From Okeania sp. (lineage in GTDB: Bacteria > Cyanobacteriota > Cyanobacteriia > Cyanobacteriales > Microcoleaceae), in NCBI RefSeq assembly GCF_035285525.1, contig NZ_JAYKGW010000164.1:1-19463 (forward strand): a stretch of DNA of 19,463 nucleotides, written 5' to 3'. The first letter of the stretch is position 1. Each line of letters starts with the position of its first letter. The notes below the pieces were generated by a model. It saw only the letters and a program-made list of their open reading frames with translations. It was not told the DNA's origin and ran no database searches. This document shows positions 15,154 through 19,463 of this stretch, one piece after another. A program made the translations under genes and the position numbers.

Positions 15154-17514
15154 TTAGTTGACTGATTCTAAATCTGAGAGTGACTTTTCAATTTTTGCCA
15201 ACTCCCACAAATAACTATGGATTTTCTGTTTTTTATTTTCAAGCCCGGCTAGAATTTTAGGCACTTCTGCTTCTCTAGTTTCTCGTTCCTTCAGTACACG
15301 CTCGAACTCTGATTGAAATCTGTTGATATAATCATTTATTTGTTTTTCCGCACTCCTGAAGTCATCTTTTACCTGCTTTTCAATTACTCGTTCTAGTAGT
15401 TGTTCATTAATAGCTTTTTGTTGGTCTATTCTAGACTTAATTAATTTTGCCGTCTCCTGTAAATCAATTTCATAAATATCCTGCTTCTCTTCGTATGAAA
15501 TATCTACTTGATAAGACTCATCCGAAGCGCAGCATCGACTTCTTGACCTTGTTTCTTGACGAGTTCTTTCATATATTTCTTGCTGATATTTAATTTGAGC
15601 ATCTATTCCTGGAAACTCAAAATCAGGAAATTGAATATCATTGGTGTTCAGTTGGACTTGTAGATCGGCACCAAGGTAATCAGATAATTCATTAGATATT
15701 CCTTGGATTTGCTTTTGAATTTCCAAAGCTAATTTTTCCCTAATTTTACCCCCATCTCTAACAAGTTTATCTTGAGTATCTAACCACCAACTCTGAATAT
15801 AGGGGGCAACAAAATTGCTAATTGTTTCTCCAGTTTTTTCTGCTTCATTCTTAGTATTAAACCTGATTTTGTAGCGACTATGACTTGACTTTTTTGTTTC
15901 ATCTGAACCGTAATTACTGAAGCTTGGTACTTCTTTTTCTAATTCTTCCCACAAAGGCGAAGTTACTTCAAAAACTAATCCTACTGCTTTACCAATAAAA
16001 TTTAAACCAGGAATAACTTGCAACATATTTGAACCAATTTGACCTAAACCTCGCCAGATATCAGAAAAATTAATACCACTTGATTGCTGTTGGTTAATTG
16101 TACCAACTTGATTACTCCTTGAAACTTCAGTCTCTATCTGTAAGGAATATCTAGAAACAATACCATCTATTTCTTCCTGTATCTTTGCTTTTGCAGTTTC
16201 AGCAAATACACTCAGTCCCTGACTAAATCCCTGGATTAATACTTTTTTTTCCAGATCGACAGATTTTTTGACATCCTCAACCTTGCTTGTTGCAGATCGC
16301 GATCTCTGCCTATAGTTTTCCACTTTTTGCTTCAGTTCCTCAATTTCTGTTTCCCAACCTTTTATTTGTAGCTGTAAACTATCTTCGATTGCTTTAGCAG
16401 ATTTATTAATTTTATTCAAAACATCATTTAAAAAATTCCAGCCAGCATTCTTAATTATTGTTTGAATTACTGCCTCTTGAATAGCAGGAATACCACTATC
16501 TTTTAAAGCTTGAGGTGCAATTTTTTTAGGTGGGGGAATTTTCGTTCCGCCATCTTCCTCCTCTATAGCATACCTGGCACTAAAGAACTTCTTAAAATCT
16601 TTAATTTGTCCCTCTGTTGCTTTACTACTAACAATTAGTTTAGCCAACAGTCCTTGCAAAGAACTAGCAGGATAAATCTTAGGATTGGGAAAACCAAATC
16701 CACTTATTTGCTTTTTCAAATCTTCAATAACATCTGGAATATCCCGGTCTTTTTCTGTTTTCTGATCTACTTTATTTAAAATAAAATAAACTTTGTCTTT
16801 AATATCCAAAAGTTCTTTACGTTTCTCTATAACTTCCTTAAATAAATCAGAAACAGCATTATCTTTGTAAGATGCGTAATTTAAAACAAACAAAATTACA
16901 TTGCAAGTTCGTAATGCTTCTAAAGTAGTTTGTTTGAGTGAAACTGTGTTAAAAGTTGCTGACTCCCATTCATTTGGACCAGGAGTATCGACTAGCGTAA
17001 AACCTGCTAAATAGGAAAATGAACTAATAGCTTCAATAGGATGCTCTATTTCAAAGCTTGTAGTAAAATCTGGATTATTATTTTCTCTAATTTCACGACT
17101 ACGACTCAAAAATTTTGCCTGTATTTCTTGAAATTCACCTTTAGCAAGCTCAACAGGTCTTTTTTCACCACTTCGGTATTCTAAAAGTCTAGGAATCTGC
17201 TCCTTTCAAATATGTTTAACATCTGTGCGACACACAGTATAAGCTGCTGTTTCACTTGCTAAAATATCGACCCCGATAAGAGAATTTTAAAAGGTACTTT
17301 TGCCTGCTTTCATAGCAGCAACAACAGCAACCTGATACCTTTCTTCCTGTAAAGCATTTAGAGCCTCTTTGATATTATTTCCTATCTTCTGAAGTTCTTG
17401 ATTATACTCTCCAGACCTGCTTATTCCTGCTTCTAACTCTTGGAGGTATTGTAATAGTTTATTGCCTGTATCATTGATCCTTTCAGCGATAGTTTGAAAA
17501 TCTTGAGAATACAT
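15154..17514 (-). pseudogene. Bacterial dynamin-like GTPase (BDLP/DynA/LeoA-type, 786 codons) interrupted by two in-frame stop codons just after the P-loop
   Basis: Track ORFs 17287-17514 and 15154-17109 are in the same frame. The read-through is ...VAVVAAMKAGKSTF-TAA(17287-17289)-NSLIGVDILASETAAYTVCRTDVKHI-TGA(17206-17208)-KEQIPRLLEYRSGEKRPVELAKGEFQEIQAKFLSRSREI... G1 is AMKAGKST, G3 is LVDTPGPNEW and G4 is LNKVD. A long coiled-coil-rich stalk follows. Confidence 0.85.
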
Positions 17515-17566
17515 AGATGAACACTCCTTGACAAATACTCAGAAATTAAAATTTACAATTTTATTG

Positions 17567-17592
17567 TAGGGACGTTCCATGGAACGTCCCTA
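17567..17592. repeat. Perfect 26-bp palindrome TAGGGACGTTCCATGGAACGTCCCTA (dispersed hairpin; possible ndhD terminator)
   Basis: Self-complementary and 19 nt after the ndhD stop on the minus strand. There is no strong T-tract. Confidence 0.5.
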
Positions 17593-17610
17593 GGGGTTCA
17601 AATCAGAATA

Positions 17611-19191
17611 CTACCTAATAGCAGGCGATCGCCTAACCATCTCATCTCCATCTATTAACGCCACTTTCTCAGATTCTATCAACGCTGGTACAGAATCTCG
17701 TAACCGCGCGGTTAACTGCACAGTTGTGGCATCATAAATCTGAGTCACAATCTTAGGATACAAACCGATTCCAATGATTGGTACTAACAAACAGCCAATA
17801 ATAAACACCTCGCGGGGTTCCGCATCGGTGAGAACTTCTTTTTCTATCAACTCCTTATTCTCAGGGCCGTACAAAATTTCCCGTAACATTGACAACAGAT
17901 AAATTGGAGTCAAAATCACTCCGACTGCTGCTAAGAAAATTACCAATACTTTGAAAGTTGGGTTGTAAGCATCACTGGTGGCAAAACCAATAAATACCAT
18001 CACTTCAGCTACAAATCCACTCATTCCTGGCAACGCTAAAGATGCCATCGAACAAGCCGTCCACATGGCGAACACTTTCTTCATTTTCTTACCGACACCA
18101 CCCATTTCATCTAAGATTAGGGTATGGGTACGGTCATAAGTTGCTCCCACTAAAAAGAATAAACTTGCTCCAATCAAACCGTGGGAAATCATTTGCAGCA
18201 TGGCTCCACTGAGACCAATATTGGTAAAGGAAGCCATACCTATTAATACAAAACCCATGTGGGAAATTGAAGAATAGGCAATTTTTCGTTTCAGGTTTCG
18301 TTGAGCAAAGGAAGTTAATGCAGCATAAACAATATTGACAACGCCTAAAATTACCAATATCGGAGCGAAGACTGCATGAGCATCTGGTAACATTCCGGCA
18401 TTCATCCGCAGCAGAGCGTAACCACCCATTTTCAACAAGATTCCTGCTAGTAACATGTGCGCAGGTGCAGTTGCTTCTCCGTGAGCATCAGGCAACCAGG
18501 TGTGTAAGGGGAAAATTGGTAGTTTTACAGCATAAGCAATTAAAAATGCTGCATATAACAATAGTTGCACATTAAAAGCGTAATCTTTCATAGCGATCGC
18601 CTGCATATCAAAGGTGACAGTATCGCCATAAAATGCCATTGTTAAGGCTGCCACCAAAATAAACAGGGAACCACCTGCGGTATAAAGGATAAATTTAGTG
18701 GCTGCATATAACCGTCGTTTACCACCCCAGATAGAGAGAATGAGGTAAACAGGTACTAATTCTAATTCCCAAACGAGGAAAAATAGCAACATATCCTGTA
18801 CGGCAAATACAGCTATTTGACCGCCGTACATTAATAACATCAAGAAGTAAAATAACTTTGGCTTAAAGGTTACAGGCCATGCTGCCATAATTGCCAGAGT
18901 GGTGATAAAACCAGTGAGGATAATCAATGGCATGGATAAACCATCTGCACCCAAAGACCAATTTAAGTCTAATTGGGGAACCCAAGGATAACTTTCTACC
19001 AGTTGGAGTTCTGGGTTATTGGGGTCGTATCCGGTGCAGAAGGCAGCAACAATAATAGCAAAATCAATTAATCCCACAATTAAGGCGTACCAACGTACTG
19101 TTTTGCCGTCTCGATCGGGAATTATCGGAATGAGTAAAGATGCGACTATGGGAAATAGGATGATGGTAGTCAACCAAGGAAAATTAGTCAT
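17611..19191 (-). CDS. ndhD: NAD(P)H-quinone oxidoreductase (NDH-1) subunit 4, NdhD1/D2-type
   Basis: 526-aa polytopic membrane protein with NuoM/NdhD signatures: [71 protein letters not shown]. Confidence 0.95.
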   Translation of the reverse strand: MTNFPWLTTIILFPIVASLLIPIIPDRDGKTVRWYALIVGLIDFAIIVAAFCTGYDPNNPELQLVESYPWVPQLDLNWSLGADGLSMPLIILTGFITTLAIMAAWPVTFKPKLFYFLMLLMYGGQIAVFAVQDMLLFFLVWELELVPVYLILSIWGGKRRLYAATKFILYTAGGSLFILVAALTMAFYGDTVTFDMQAIAMKDYAFNVQLLLYAAFLIAYAVKLPIFPLHTWLPDAHGEATAPAHMLLAGILLKMGGYALLRMNAGMLPDAHAVFAPILVILGVVNIVYAALTSFAQRNLKRKIAYSSISHMGFVLIGMASFTNIGLSGAMLQMISHGLIGASLFFLVGATYDRTHTLILDEMGGVGKKMKKVFAMWTACSMASLALPGMSGFVAEVMVFIGFATSDAYNPTFKVLVIFLAAVGVILTPIYLLSMLREILYGPENKELIEKEVLTDAEPREVFIIGCLLVPIIGIGLYPKIVTQIYDATTVQLTARLRDSVPALIESEKVALIDGDEMVRRSPAIR

Positions 19192-19274
19192 AAGTGTTTA
19201 TTTCTCAGTTGGAAAATTTTGTAATTTTATGAGTAGTAGTGTGTCTAGTTTTATGAATTTGGGTAAGTGTGAGC

Positions 19275-19463
19275 AAATGAATACCTCTCCCCCAACCCCT
19301 CTCCTGCAAGGATAGGGGAGAAATGCTCCTGAATACCTCTCCCCCAACCGCTCTCCTGCAAGGATAGGGGAGAAATGCTCCTGAATACCTCTCCCCCAAC
19401 CCCTCTCCTGCAAGGATAGGGGAGAAATGCTCCTGAATACCTCTCCCCCAACCCCTCTCCTGC
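19275..19463. repeat. 52-bp tandem repeat, about 3.6 copies, continuing beyond the window end, upstream of ndhD
   Basis: gaatacctctcccccaacc(c/g)ctctcctgcaaggataggggagaaatgctcct starts at 19279, 19331, 19383 and 19435. Each unit contains the imperfect hairpin cccctctcc-tgcaa-ggatagggg. Confidence 0.9.

Noticed and set aside
14360-17289. In-frame TGA codons as selenocysteine (a selenium-related mnmH gene is in the window), or stop-codon reassignment or programmed read-through
   Set aside because: MnmH modifies tRNA and is not part of Sec insertion. TAA and TAG also interrupt the same genes. I noticed no obvious SECIS-like hairpin following the TGAs. All three stop codons terminate the intact genes normally.
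17287-17514. Independent 75-aa gene
   Set aside because: It ends inside a GTPase P-loop (AMKAGKSTF*). The sequence after the stop continues the G1 region in the same frame (NSLIG...), so it is the N-terminus of the dynamin-like pseudogene.
920-19315. Antisense or shadow ORFs in the track: 920-1138, 1391-1651, 2347-2535, 3616-3885, 6528-7040, 8142-8336, 10426-10767, 10526-10738, 11242-11484, 13983-14183, 19019-19315
   Set aside because: Each lies mostly or entirely opposite a longer ORF that has clear family signatures. Their translations are low-complexity or lack recognisable motifs. For example, 6528-7040 mirrors the L/P/D/F-rich repeat region.
19198-19451. Three overlapping 64-71-aa ORFs (GERYSGAFLPYPCRRGVGGEVF...)
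   Set aside because: They are translations of the 52-bp tandem repeat in different registers. They have no independent start context and overlap one another on the same strand.
1-19463. tRNA, rRNA, tmRNA, riboswitch, transposase or integrase genes
   Set aside because: I could not find a T-loop/acceptor pattern (GGTTCGAATCC-like), any rRNA-like conserved blocks, or any ORF with DDE or tyrosine-recombinase motifs. The mobile-looking sequences are all short and non-autonomous.

Overview
This window looks like a chromosomal fragment of a filamentous, Nostocales-type cyanobacterium. It is AT-rich and carries 8 HIP1 sites (GCGATCGC), STRR-like heptamer runs and many small hairpin or MITE-like repeats. 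All family calls come from motif recognition in the translations; no database search was possible.

Intact genes, most on the minus strand:
- an elongated KaiB-family protein (352-1104)
- a PilT2-like ATPase with a Pro-rich N-terminus (1370-2662)
- tRNA 2-selenouridine synthase MnmH (3403-4419)
- a small conserved membrane protein (9047-9280, +)
- three Uma2/DUF820 nuclease-fold paralogues (9434-10045, 11074-11883, 13466-14104)
- a SOUL-type heme-binding protein (10285-10791, +)
- a two-domain GNAT (12340-13281, +)
- an antitoxin-like gene and a DUF4926-like gene (14613-15075)
- NdhD (17611-19191)

Main observations:
1. Three accessory genes are single reading frames broken by five in-frame stop codons (TAA, 2x TAG, 2x TGA) plus one +1 frameshift. 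They are a bacterial dynamin-like GTPase (15154-17514), a PIN toxin (14180-14608) and a roughly 1000-aa DUF4347 repeat protein (5221-8266). The core genes are intact, which points to recent nonsense-driven decay rather than recoding.
2. An eight-unit 93/99-bp tandem array of terminator-shaped hairpins lies at 4500-5238. It has no spacers, so it is not CRISPR. A related array is cut by the window start. This is a candidate multi-copy sRNA locus or an amplified MITE.
3. A 125-bp copy of the SOUL gene 3' end sits on the far side of the Uma2 cassette at 11074-11883, and a MITE supplies the SOUL stop codon.
4. A dispersed AAACTAT-N6-ATAGTTT palindrome occurs four times. A 41-bp element is shared by two upstream regions. 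A 52-bp tandem array lies upstream of ndhD.

No rRNA, tRNA, CRISPR, transposase or integrase gene was recognised.
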